Below the pieces are notes generated by a model, which did no database searches, was not told the origin of the DNA, and worked only from the letters and a program-made list of their open reading frames with translations. The position numbers and the translations under genes are program-made. A stretch of 64,000 bases of DNA from Squalus acanthias (Eukaryota): contig CM059431.1 in assembly GCA_030390025.1 (NCBI GenBank), positions 117,678,001 to 117,742,000 of the forward strand, given 5' to 3'. Within the stretch, counting starts at the first letter, position 1. The number at the start of each line of letters is the position of its first letter. This document shows, one piece after another, positions 38,011 through 50,866 of the stretch.

Positions 38011-38962
38011 AATTAAATTAAATCAAATCAATACCACTAATTACACTACAATTAAATAATATACTCAAGGGCCCTTGTTTAAAGCAATTCTAAATACCTT
38101 AAAACATCCTTAACTTCCAATTGTGTATGGACTGCAGATATTGTTTGGCTTTAGGTTTGTACTTTCTGGTGTATAATAAATTATCTTTTTATAAAGCCAT
38201 GGTTTTTGCCTGGAACAACTTCTCAGTTCAAAAAACCCCAAATTAAACACAAAACTTACATTGTGTGGGAATAAAATGTATTTCCCCAAATTAAGTAAGA
38301 ATAAAATCACAACAGTGCTGGAATTGCTTACCATCATGGTGGTGCTTTTTACATCCCCAGCCTTCAACTATTCCTTCAATCATATTCTTCCAAGCTTTCA
38401 CCCCATGAAAAACCTTGCAAGTCTTGTAACTGCCATGCACATGTCACTATATCCATTATAAGCTGAATGCTGAAATTTGAGTATTACTGCATGTCATGGT
38501 AACCAAATATAATGTCGCCCTAGTTGCTTTCTTTTTCAAAGCCAAAACAGTGCATAACAGCGACGGGTGGTGAACTTCAAAATTTCCGAGCTCTCACTTT
38601 GTATGAGGAGGAAGCATTCTGAATTCTGGGGAGAGATACCAGCAAGGATTATGATGTTGACTTGAACTAGGAGAAGGAAGGAGCTGCTGGGAGGACCATA
38701 CATGACAGAGGGTAGAATGTTATTCTATCAGTTTTGGCAGTGGTAATAACAATTGTTTGCACATGAGCGCAAAAAATGATATTGCATTAGATATTACTTA
38801 GGACTACTGTTCCAATCTGCAACTGTAAATTGAGATCCAGCTTCCTTATGTGCCATAACTTCTTATCTCAATGGGGAGTGTTGCTGTTGAATAGCTACCT
38901 GGTGTTATGACAAGTCTGAAGACATTCCTCTAAATATTTTTTCAGGCACAGAAAGACACAAA

Positions 38963-40114
38963 GGCCCAGAATTTGCTGAAAATGTAACGGCATCTGAATG
39001 ACACATGCCATTATTAATGTGCAATTCGGCAGCAACTGATGGCAAGGAAGAGATACCCCATGAACTGAGAATCGCCACAAGTTTCATGGTTTCATGAAGT
39101 TGCTGCATTTGCTCATTAATTGCGCATTAAACACGCCAAAGAAAGTTAAGTCTAGTTATTAACAATGTAAGTACCCTTTTAACGACAATTGTTAGTGACT
39201 GCCAATCAACCTCTCTGGCCCAGAAAGTGAACAATTAAAAGTGTGGAGTCTCATTCCTTCAGGTAGTGAATTGTTGGAAATTTTAAAAATGTCAACTTTT
39301 AAGTTTAAAAAAAAATTCTTACTTTTACTTCCTGTCTCTTTTTTCGCTTTTAATCCAGTCCTTATTTCCTTGTCTTTATTTTTCTTTCTGTGCCTGATTT
39401 GACATTGAATTCACCCACTCTAATTCACTCTCTTCTCAATCCATCCTCTGCTTATTTCTCAAACCTTTAATCTCACAGGTTCAGGAGATACACTGTTTGT
39501 CCCATTGTTCACCAAGGTCCCAGTAGCCCTGTTGCCCTCACTGTGCCGTTATCAGCTCACACTTCCAGCAAAAAATGTTAAGAAAGACTTGCATTTATAT
39601 AGCACCGTTCATGACCACCGGACATCTCAAAGCACTTTACAGCCAATGAAGTACTTTTTGAAGTGGAGTCACTGTTGTAATGTGGGAAACACAGCAGCCA
39701 ATTTGCACACAGCAAACTCTCACAAACAGCAGATAATCTGTTTTTGTTATGTTGGTTGAGGGATAAATATTGGGTAGGACACCGGGGATAACTCCCCTGC
39801 TCTTCTTCGAAATAGTGCCATGGGATCTTTTTTATGTCCACCTGAGAGAGCAGACGGGGCCTCGGTTTAACGTCTCAACCAAAAGACGGCATCTCCGACA
39901 GTGAAGCACTCCCTCAGCACTGCACTGGAGTGTCAGCCTAGATTTTATTATGTGCTTAAGTCCCTGGAGTGGGACTTGAACCCACAATCTTCTGATTCAG
40001 AAGCGAGAGTGCTACCGACTGAGCCACAGATGACACTTAAAACCTAAACGTGCACGAACATGTTTAACTAATGGGGCACACCACGCGATGACCCGCTCCA
40101 GCAAAGTCTGGGCC
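38963..40114. mobile_element. Non-autonomous DNA transposon family X, second copy, with nested DeuSINE
   Basis: TIRs ggcccagaatttgctg / cagcaaagtctgggcc. Contains the uninterrupted site gaattcacccactctaatt (~39407-39425). Confidence 0.78.
39578..40036 (-). mobile_element. DeuSINE (SacSINE1-like) copy
   Basis: Full head, Deu domain and tail. Confidence 0.85.
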
Positions 40115-40412
40115 GAAATAAATTATTGCACCATTAACAACACGACCTTTCCTGTATTTGTTCAAGAATTATTTGCTAGTACAATATACATTGAGGTTTG
40201 ATGGCCATGCCTTTTCTAGACCACAACTGTACACATCTGTGTCACTGGGCCAAAGCTCCTGTGAAACAAATTGAAGTACTTTCCATGCCACAATTTGTAT
40301 CAGCTTCATGTCCCTATCTGCTCCAGAGCAGGCTAGTATCAAATCACAGTGCTGATACAGTAACTGCTATCAAAATAACAGTATTTTATATGATAACACT
40401 GAGTTCTTTTAA

Positions 40413-42247
40413 AACAACAACAACAACTTGTAGTTATATAGCGCCTTTAACGTAGTAAAACGTCCCAAGGCGCTGCACAGGTGTATTTTAAGACAAAAAA
40501 TTTGACACCGAGCCACATAAGGATAAATTAGGGCAGGTGACCAAAAGCTTGGTCAAAGAGGTAGGTTTTAAGGAGCTTCTTAAAGGAGGAAAGAGAGGTA
40601 GCAAGGCGGAGAGGTTTAGGCAGGGAATTCCAGAGCTTAGGGCCTAGGCAACAGAAGGTGCGGCCACCAAAGGTTGAGCGATTATAATCAGGGATCCTCA
40701 AGAGGACAGAATTAGAGGAGCGCAGATATCTCGGGGGGTTGTGGGGCTGAAGGAGATTACAGAGATAGGGAGGGGCGAGGCCATGGAGGGATTTGAAAAC
40801 AAGGATGAGAATTTTGAAATAGAGGCGCTGCTTAACCGGGAGCCAATGTAGGTCAACGAGCACAGGGGTGATGGGTGAATGGGACTTGGTGCGAGTTAGG
40901 ACACAGGAAGCTGAGTTTTGGATGACCTCAAGTTTACATAGGGTGGAATGTGGGAGGCCAGCCAGGAGTGCGTTGGAATAGTCAAGTCTAGAGGTAACAA
41001 AGGCATGGATGAGGGTTTCAGCTGCGGATGAGCTGAGGCGAGGGCGGAGACGGGCGGTGTTACGGAGGTGGAAGTAGGCGGTCTTTGTTATGCTGCGGAT
41101 ATGTGGTCAGAAGCTCATTTCACGGTCAAATATGACACCAAGGTTGCGAACAGTGTGGTTCAGCCTCAGACAAATGTTAGGGAGAGGGAAGGATTCAGTG
41201 GCTAGGGAACGGAGTTTGTGGTGGGGACCGAAAACAATGGCTTCGGTTTTCCCAATATTTAATTGGAGAAAATTTTTGCTCATCCATAACTGTATGTCGG
41301 ACAAGCAGTCTGACAATTTAGACACTGTGGAGGTTTCGAGAGAAGAAGTAGTGAGGTAGAGCTGGGTGCCGTCAGCGTTCATGTGGAAACTGACGCTGTG
41401 TTTTCGGATGATGTCGCCAATTGGCAACATGTAGATGAGAAATAGGAGGGGGCCAAGGATAGATCCTTGGGGGACACCAGAGGTAACGATGTGGGAGCGG
41501 GAAGAGAAGCCATTGCAGGTGATTCTCTAGTTATGATTAGATAGATAAGAATGGAACCAGGTGAGTGCAGTCCCACCCAGCTGGACGACGGTGGAGAGGC
41601 GTTTGAGACGGATGGAGTGGTCAACCGTGTCAAAAGCTGCAGACAAGTCAAGAAGAACGAAGAGGGATAGTTTACCTTTGTCACAGTCACAAAGGATGTC
41701 ATTTGTGATGTTGATGAGAGCCGTTTCGGTACTGTGGCAAGGGCGGAAACCTGATTGGAGGGATTCAAACATGGAGTTGTGGGAAAGATGGGCACAGATT
41801 TGGGAGGCAACAACACGTTCAAGGACTTGAGAGGAAAGGGAGTTTGGAGATGGGGCGGTAGTTTGCAAGGACGGAGGGATCAAGGTTTGTTTTTTTGAGG
41901 AGGGGGTGATGATGGCAGATTTGAGGGAGAGGGGGACAGTACCTGAGGAGAGAGAACCGTTAACAATATCAGCTAACATGGGAGCCAGAAAAGGAAGTTG
42001 GGTGGTCAGCAATTTGGAGGGAATAGGGTCGAGGGAGCAGGTGGTAGGTCTCATGGACAAGATTAGCGCAGAGAGGTCATGAGGGGAGATCGGAGAGAAA
42101 CTGGAGAAAGATGCGAGTTCAGGGCTAGGGCAGGGGGGAACCTTAGAGGAAGTTTGGCCCAGTGGGCTAGGGGAAGGAAGGGATGTGGCAGAGGCAGCTG
42201 AATGGACGGTCTCAATCTTAAAGACAAAGAAGTCCATGAGCTCCTCA
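40413..42247 (-). mobile_element. L2 LINE, 5'-truncated
   Basis: LDPIPSKLL, QSGFRPCHSTETAL, LLDLSAAFDTVDH, LHWLPV and FKKLLKTYLF, with a (GTT)n tail. Confidence 0.92.
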
Positions 42248-44159
42248 TATATACAACATATATTATGTTACATTTCTTTTATGTAATGAGACTCACAAAG
42301 TAGCAGCTTTGAATTAACTTTTAAGTTTTTTTCAAAGTACGTACTATGTTTGCATTACCAGCAAGTAATTTTGTGAGTGCTGTTCAGCATTGATTATTCC
42401 TGGCTTTATCTTACATTGCCAAATTGCTCTCTGCATGAAGTAACTGCTTCATGGTGTTATAACACTGAATCCATGTGTTAGAGCTGTTGAGCTGTTAATT
42501 CCCTCAATTGGTATTTAAATGTATCACACACACTACTCTAAAACTCTCACATTGCACTTGTGTTGCTCTCAAACCTACAGCACATCAGTGATGACAGGCA
42601 GCTTAGTTTCATGGCCAGCAGGGCAGCAACTTAAGTAGTGAGAAAGCACTTTGACTGTGGTCAGAACAGAACGGAAATTGGATTCCGTGCACCTCTCGCA
42701 CTGCCTTTGCAGAAGATGAGAATCAGTAAAGTTGAAGGCCGCAGAAGGCAAAGAGTCAGATCTGCCAGAAACCTATGCAACAGATATACTACCGCAGACA
42801 CAGCTGCCTGTAATGGAAAGAGGTACAAAGTTTCAGGAGTCTATGACTAAGTTGGGAGCTAGTGACAGACCTGTGCAATGTGCTGCAAGAAAATCAGCAG
42901 GCTCAATCCAACACCAATATAATCTATGAATGACAGTAAAAATTATTACACCACCAAAATTCTATGCATCACATACAGTCCTTCCATTGCTGTACTACTG
43001 ATATTGCCAAGCTTAAATCCAACAGTAAGATTACATATGCTTCATTCTACCATGTTAACACTTTCATCCAATTTAGCATGGTCGAATAGTACATTTTTAC
43101 CACACTGCTGTCTTCCTAAGAGTGCAGGGAATCATCGACTGTACCCATGTTGCTTTTATTTTCTCACAATGTCATGCCATACATGAATTGAACAGGCTTC
43201 ATAGTTGCATAACAACTACCAACACAGAATAATGTAGATCGATCCCTGTTTATCAAAAAGCTCCCACAGTGCCTTTGTGGGGGTGCAGTAAATATGATTT
43301 GCCACAAGGCTTTCCTCTTCTGTCTGCACCCATCACAGCATCTAACTGCCTCCAGAATAATTGCAGAGGTTTTGCCTTCACTACTCTATCCAGAAGGCCT
43401 TTCACGGTATTAATTCCTCTTAAGTGGCTTCTGATTTAGTTCTGAACTCACTTTTACCTAATGTCCTCTTGTCTGTAACCATGAGGGGTAAGGCAAGACT
43501 CCTGGCGTGGAAATTCATCACCAGGATTGTCGATCAGGGAATCGGGAATTCTGCTAATCTCCACACCCTATTCTTCAATTCAACATCTCGTAAAATTTGC
43601 TCTATAGTTTAACGTAAACTAGTCCTCCAAATTAAGCTTAATTTAGATATCTCAATAAGGTCACTTCTTATTGGCCTCCTTTCAAGTCTAATAAGTCTGA
43701 GTTTTTCTATCCTTTCTCCATTAATCAATCCTCTGGCTGCAGCTGATTGACCTTTCTATCCACTCCTAATGACTGGAAAATCACAATGCCATGAATCTGG
43801 AATACTGACTTCCATGCCTGATTCTCTGATCCGTTCTCACATCAAGTGAAACCCAGTACTGGGAGTATAATTATTGCAAATTTAACCCAAGTTTTACTGA
43901 TTTGGCTATGCAACTCAGTCTTCTCTTTGTTTTTTTCCCTCATAGAACAAAAAGATATAGTGGCTGGCTGCATGGCTTCTTTATGAATGTGATGGGATTG
44001 CAATGGCACAAGACCTTTATGCACTGAGGAATCAGAAGGCCCTACATCTAAGTCAGCCATGTTAGATGTTGTTCCAGATTCCTGGTCCTGCATGCTTCCC
44101 AGCACATCAACTGTCGCTTGTTCAATGGTTCCTGACAGTACAGATTTATTGTTGTAATA

Positions 44160-44945
44160 AGACCCAAGTCCAAAGGAAAATGCTAAAATTTATTATTAGG
44201 GGCATGGTAACAGGGCAATTAGAAAATCATAATTTGATTGGGCGGCGTCAACACGGATTTATGAAATGAAAATCAGGTACAGCAAGCAATTAGGAAAGCA
44301 AATGGTATGTTAGCATTTATTACAAAAGGATTGGAGTATAAAAGTAAAGACGTCTTTCTGCAATTATATAGGGCCTAGGTGAGACCACACCTGGAGTACT
44401 ATGCACAGTTTTGGTCTCCTTACATAAAGAAGGATGTACTTGCCTTCGGGGGAGTGCAACGAAGATTCACTAGACTGATTCCTGGGATGGGGAGGATTGT
44501 CCTATGAGGAGAGATTGAGTAGACTAGGCCTATATTCCCTAGAGTTAGAAGAATGAGAGGTGATCTCATTACTTGTATAAAATTCTTAAAGGGCTTGACA
44601 GGCTAGATGCAGGAAGGATGTTTCCCCTGACTGGGGAGTCTAGAGCCAGGGGTCACACTCTCAGAATAAGGGGTCGGCCATTTAGGACTGAGATGAGGAG
44701 AAATATCTTCACTCAAAAGCATGTGAATCTTTGGAATTCTCTACCTCAGAGGACTGTGGATGCTCAGTTGTTGAGTATATTCAAGACAGAGATTGATAGG
44801 TTTTTGGATACTAAGGGAACCAAGGAATATGGTGGAGTTGAGGTAGAAGATCAGCCATGATCTTATTGAATGGCAGAGCAGGCTTGAAGGGCCAAATGGC
44901 CTCCCCCTGCTCCTATTTCTTATATTCTTGTGTTCTTATTTTCTT
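44160..44945 (+). mobile_element. CR1 fragment (internally deleted, 3' end present)
   Basis: QHGFMK, YKILKGLDRLDAGRMFPL...NLWNSLP, and the CR1 3' hairpin/tail. Confidence 0.88.
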
Positions 44946-45235
44946 ATGTGCCTAATCTTTGGCTACTACAAAGTGTGTTCCATGGAGACAATTGCCTCAT
45001 GAAGGAGGATCCTGCTTGGACAGTCTTAGAGGGTTTTTTAAAAATTATGATAAGATGTTCTATCTATTCCTCAAAGTCAATAAGGTTCTTCAAACATTGA
45101 GGTCAAGTGTTCCTAGTTTTATTAAGCATACAGTACATGCAATAATACTTAGGCATACATTTAAAATGTTTGTATCCACACCTGATTGTCGGGGACTCAA
45201 ACATGAGCTCAGTATTCAGGTTGATCAAACCCTAT

Positions 45236-45976
45236 GGGGGAAAAATTAGGTCGCGCCCCATTTGGGGCGCAAATATCATCTGGACGCAAATATTAGCGCC
45301 TGGCGCTAATTATCGCCACTGACTGGAAACTTCACTTTTACCGCCCCGGGAGGTGAGTGGAGCGCTAAATCAGGCGCTGCACACCTGTCTTAAGGCGCAA
45401 AGGCCGAGCAGTGAGGCGCTAACTCAGCGCGCGAGCGCAGCGCAGGTGCTGCCAGTTAGCGAGGGAACACAGACACACTGGCGCCGGCCAGTTCTTAAAG
45501 CGGGGGGGGGCCAACTGTTAGGATCAGTAGGCAAAACTACCTCACAAAGCGTTGACTCAATGCAGAAGTCTCTCTTTCTCTCTCTCCGAATCTCTCTCTC
45601 TCTCTCTGAACGAGTGGTGCATAAATGTCAACCACAGAAAAAGACAGGAAGAGGCCCCCTTTAAATAGTGCCCCCCCCAGCCCCACAGCGATTGATAGCG
45701 TTCCAGTCTTCCGGTCGTTGGATGCGCCAGGCGGTAAGGCAGGGGGCGCCACTCAATTTCCGCTCCGGGGCGCCACAAGGGCGTTGCACCATGGAATGAC
45801 GTCACAATCTGCGCGCGCAGGTGGTCGCAGCGGTAAAGTTTAGCGCCGCCGCACAATGTCTAGTTAAGTTCCCGAGCGGCGCAAACATCGCTGCGCCCGG
45901 GCGTTAGCAGCTTTGCGCCCCATTAGCGCCCTCTTAAGGCGCTAACGGGAGGCGCAACCAACTGAATTTTTACCCC
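45236..45976. mobile_element. GC-rich Harbinger-type MITE
   Basis: TIRs gggggaaaaatt / aatttttacccc, 3-bp TSD TAT at 45233-45235 and 45977-45979, and subterminal gcgcc/ggcgc repeats. Confidence 0.75.
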
Positions 45977-46134
45977 TATGAATCAAAATCCTCCTTACAA
46001 ATTGTTACTTTTCATAGATTTCTCTTACCGATACTATGTGATGATTCACTACATTTCTATATTACATGGTTACATCAAAAAATGTCAATACTCAGTTGAT
46101 AAGTATTTTTCCAAAACAATCTGTATAACTTTCT

Positions 46135-46631
46135 GGAGTAAAGTTTCCGCTTTGGGCGCAATCGGTAATCCGGGCGCAAATTTCTATGAAAAAATTGCAC
46201 TCAAAATTGCGCTCGTTTTCCGAAGTGATGTTATGGCTCAAGTTTCCATTCAAACTCATTTGCATAATCACAAACGTAAAATCTTCCATGAACCAGGGCA
46301 GTCGTGCAGTGTTTTAGAACGTAACTTTTTTTGCATTAAAAAATATTCCTTGATATATTTAAGAGTGGTAACCTGATGCAGCTTGATTACTACAGCTGAA
46401 AATGGGTTTATCACAAAAAATAAGCATTTTTAATCAGTGTCTAATCCAGCACCTGTGAGTAACCCGATTTTAAATAACTGAAAATGACTTACTAGCGCAA
46501 AAGATCACGGAAACTTGTTTTGTGCTGGATGTAATTGCCGCTTGAAATTCCTCCATCTTTTGCACTGTTTTGGCCGATATTGGGTGAATTGCTCTGGAAA
46601 AACCAACGCACCCTAACGGAAACTCTACCCC
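46135..46631. mobile_element. MITE
   Basis: TIRs ggagtaaagtttccg / cggaaactctacccc. Confidence 0.65.
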
Positions 46632-47350
46632 CTATTTCTGTTATCACATTCCTTTCCTCTTACATTTATTATAATTGAAGTTTCATCAATTGAACCTACC
46701 AGTTACAACTCTGAATTGGATTATGAATTGGATTATGTATTATTTATTCAGCATTGATTTGATTATGTTCTGTCCTTGCAGCTACAGATCCGTACTACAA
46801 TGATTGAAAGGGGAGAAAGTAACTCAACCTTCAAAACATCTTTGTTTCTAACTGAACTTGACTACAAGAAGAACACTATCTTTCCAGTGCCAGGCTGTGG
46901 ACTTTCTCAGGGTATCTACCAGCATAAAGATGCAGGCGTTTATCTTAAGTAAGGCTCCTGGGCCAACCTTCTAACAAATCTCTCTCTCTCTCTCTCTCTC
47001 CCTCTCTCTCGTGCTTTGATACAAAGTGAACTTCTCTGCCTGTCCTGTCTCTGTGCTGCTGAAGTTAATAATCCTTTGTTACCCATGTCTTCTATTAAGT
47101 TTTCTCATTAAGCAGATGATTGCTTCATATTAGAATCTGCTAGTTCTGTAAGGGTCTGCCTCAATTCTAATGTTCAGTGCTCACAACCTTCGAATTGCTG
47201 TAGCTATTTTTAAGATATCACAATTTAAGAAGCGTACATCCATTCCTACTTAACAAACAAAGGCTAAAAGCTAACATTAATACAATATAAAGGAAAATCA
47301 ATAGCAGTATTACATTAGCAGACTTCATGTCAGTGTGATTAACCCTTCTC

Positions 47351-47644
47351 TTACAACAGCAAGCTCCTTTGGTGAGCAGGCCCTGTGAGATCTGAATCCC
47401 CAGATGATGGAGCAGGAAGACAGGCTGAACTGCACTCAGCAGGTGCCTGGACTTGTGTAGCCAGTTCCACGTGGTGTTCTTCACCCATGCCCGGTGGATC
47501 ACCCTCTACTTTATCTTCTAACTCATTATCTACATCCTTCGGGATATGATACCTGCGCTGGTGATTCATTGAGCTGGTGTTTGTGACACCTGATGGAATG
47601 ATGTACGTGCTTGCTAGTTTATGGCTCGCTATATTCTTCTATTT
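47351..47644 (-). CDS. Candidate terminal exon of an unidentified gene
   Basis: Strong acceptor ctttgcttttctcacag (exon start 47644), with a second AG 6 nt downstream opening 96 codons (KNIASHKLAST...HQRSLLL*). Unique sequence. Confidence 0.3.
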
Positions 47645-48390
47645 CTGTGAGAAAAGCAAAGGACACACTGTCTGCATATTAGCTCAGTTAATTTAAACAG
47701 ATTGCAGCAGCACCATCATCGCGTGATATTCTCTGTGGTGTTTCTCAAGTTGAGTGTGTGCCTGCATATAACTGTTATTCAGTCGGATCATGTTACATGG
47801 TGTGGCAATTATGGTACTAGCTGCCAGAAATTGGAAAATTTGTATTAGTTTATTGCAGAAGGGAAAAATGACCACCATGAGTATTCCATTGTGGAAATAA
47901 AAATCGGGAGAGATGTAAAAAGGGCTGTCGATTCACTGTCACCCGTCAAAATCTACCCCGTGGTGTTTATACTGCAAATAGGCCCAAACAGTTCATCCTG
48001 TATTAGCATAAGTAGTTAACTCTCTTTGACTGGTAATGAAATATTCTCCACACTGTGAACATTTGTATCCTCTCACAGCTAATAATCAGTCTATAGGAAG
48101 TTTGATGTCAGACAGGAATGTTGTTTATGACTGATGCATCTTGTGATGCTAGCCTCCCAAAATATAGCCCATTGTTTAATTATTGCACGTACATTTCACT
48201 GGTTCTCCCACTGTTTAACTGCATGATCTTGCACCAAGCAAATAGAGCAAAACTACACATTCAGAAGCTCGTTGTATTACACAGCAAGAGCAGAAGCAAC
48301 ACTCAGTTAACCCTTTATTGTCACAATTGTACCCATGGACTTCAACATTTACATTAGTTTAGGGAATGTTTCCATATATAATAAAACTAA

Positions 48391-48998
48391 CAGGGTGCAA
48401 ATTCCTTTAGGCCCATTTTCCAGCCTGAAGTGGGCTCTGAGCACAGAGCACATTGCAATCGGTTGGTCCGAGGCCAGTCCGCTATTATTTGAGTGAGCTG
48501 CTGCCACCTGTTGCACCTCCGCAGGCAGCTTGTCCTTTTTCGGAAGGTTAATGTCAGGCCACTAGCCTCGCTGCCAGCGGCGCGAAGGCGAGTCAAGAGG
48601 GTGAGGAGAACTATAGAGAGAGACCGAACCCGGGCCGGCAATGGACCGCGGGACAGCTGTGGAGATGGGAGGAGCATTCCTGCTCCTCCCGGCTCCAGCT
48701 CAATCCTAAAAAAACAGTAACTCACCCTTTTGGAGGCAGCCGCTTGCTCGGTTCCATCCATGCCTCGCAAAAACAAATGATCAGAGCAGACGCGACGCCT
48801 GCTCTGCTCAGGGAAGCCCAATTTCCTTGATGGGCCCTAAAACAGACATTACGCCCCTCATTAGCATATGCAAGGGGCCTTAACGCCTGTTTAAGTGGCC
48901 ACCCCAGATGCCTGAAAAATGGTCCGACCCAATACCGGCTCCAATGTCTTTCAGGCGCTTTTGGGGTGCAGGACTTTGGTCCCCGAAATTGGCCCCTG
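48391..48998. mobile_element. GC-rich MITE-like element
   Basis: Ends cagggtgcaaattc / gaaattggcccctg, similar to 2488-3130. Confidence 0.6.
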
Positions 48999-49067
48999 CT
49001 GCTTCTATTTTATCCCCATAGAATGGGTGCAAAGGCGTCCAATTCCTACCTAACAAGTCCATGTCAT

Positions 49068-49595
49068 CGAGTCATAGAGTCATAACGGCACAGAAGGAGG
49101 CCATTCGGCCCATCGAGTCCGTGCCGGCTCTCTGTAGAGCAATCCAGTCAGTCCCATTCCCCCGCTCTATCCCCATAGCCCTGCAAGTTTATTTCCCTCA
49201 AGTGCCTATCCAGTCTCCCCTTGAAAACATTGAGTGTGTTCGCTTCCACCACTTCCATCGGCAGCAAATTCGAGGTCATCACCAGTCGCTGTGGAAAAAA
49301 GTTTTTCCTCACGTCCCCTCTGTATCTGATGCCCAAAACCTTAAATCTATGTCCCCTAGTCCTTGTACCATCAACTAGTGGGAACAGCCTTTCCCCGTCT
49401 AGCCTATCCAAACCTGTCATAATCTTGTACACCTCTATCAAATCACCCCTCAACCTCCTTTGCTCGAATGAAAACAAATCCAGCTTCTCCAACCTGTCCT
49501 TGTAGCTAACATCCCCCATCCCCGGAACCATTCTGGTAAATCTCCTCTGCACCCACTCAAGGGCCTTCACATCCTTCCTCAAGTGTGGTGACCAG
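49068..49595 (-). mobile_element. CR1 3' fragment
   Basis: ORF 49148-49582 (VQRRFTRMVPG...RRLRGDLIEVYKI...TRGH) plus the CR1 tail. Confidence 0.9.
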
Positions 49596-49792
49596 GTGAT
49601 GACAGTATGCTATTTTAAGAGCAACTTTTCTGAGGTCACAGACCTTGAGGAGCTTGCTAATCCCCATGAAATGCAATCAACTGACTTAGTTCCTGACTCT
49701 GACTCCTGGACAGAAACAGCTGGCTTTTCACCAGGTTGTGACCATGAATCTTTGTCACCTGCTTGGAGAACAAAGTCTGTCAAATGAGTCAC

Positions 49793-49858
49793 CTTGTCCA
49801 GCTCTTGTAGAAGATTTTCAATATCAAATGTAAGGATGTCAATCATTTTTAAAGCTGT
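49793..49858 (-). CDS. Candidate 66-nt internal exon (TALKMIDILTFDIENLLQELDK)
   Basis: Pyrimidine tract then attaag| acceptor, AAG|gtgact donor, phase 0/0, amphipathic helix-like peptide. Confidence 0.22.
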
Positions 49859-50866
49859 CTTAATATGACCCACAAAAAAAAATACAAGGGAAAGGAATGC
49901 ACAGTATGGCAACTACACATCAGAAATAGTATTGATGTTTAGTGATGTCGTGCTTTGCATGTCATTACTGGAATCATTCTAATTGGCTAATTCCTTCAAC
50001 CTGTGCAGTATTTACTACTGTACATGCAAAGACTATTACATTTAACATATGTAAAGAACTTTACCTTGTATTTATTTAAATAGCTGTTTCTTGTTGCACG
50101 GTAAAAGAAACAACTGTGCAACCCTCATAAAGATTAAATGGAGAGAGAGCGTAACCAAAGAAAAACGCAATTTAACTAGTTGGGTTTTGGTGCCCCATTT
50201 AAAATCTTTATGCTGTATAGCTGGCATCAGTCACTGTAAAAAATAAAGTAGATTACAGAGCAGGTTTTCTGCAATTTTTTTTTTCAAGAAATGAGGCCCT
50301 GGATTTGGTGGATATGTGGTGAAGGCATAGCCTGGCAGCTTCATAAGGCACCATTTACTCTCGTCCCCAAAACGTTGTTCCTGAGCTACTGAGTTCTGAG
50401 GTTAGAACTGGCAAGATTGGTTTGATTAGTCTGTTTGTTCATTTTCCCTTGTTTCCAACATGGTGTCCCAAGGCGGTTGAACCGATGGTGCCTCAATATC
50501 TCCCTCCTTAGAGAACCTCAAATCCTTCCTCAGTTTCAGAAACCTATGGAAAATGTTTTGAATGAGCAATGTCTCTGCGACACTATCTTTCTTTGAGAGA
50601 TGACCCAAGGTAGCAGGTCACGGTTTGTTACCATCTCGGCGTCCAATACAATAAAGAGCGCAGGTTTTCCAGCTTTGATTGGAGGAGCGGATTTGAATAT
50701 TGGAGTCTGCCTACCAGCAGAATCCAAAAACTGAGGCCTTGCTCGAATTAGTAGCGGATCTCCCATGGCATAACTGATGATGAACCAGAGAGAGCGCCAT
50801 TGGGAAGGGTGTGCTGGGTGGGAAAGTGTAAGAGGGCTCCTCAGAAACAGTAAAGTAAGTGCTATT

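Noticed and set aside
45236..45976. CpG-island-like stretch suggesting a promoter
   Set aside because: Bounded by TIRs and a TSD; it is a transposon.
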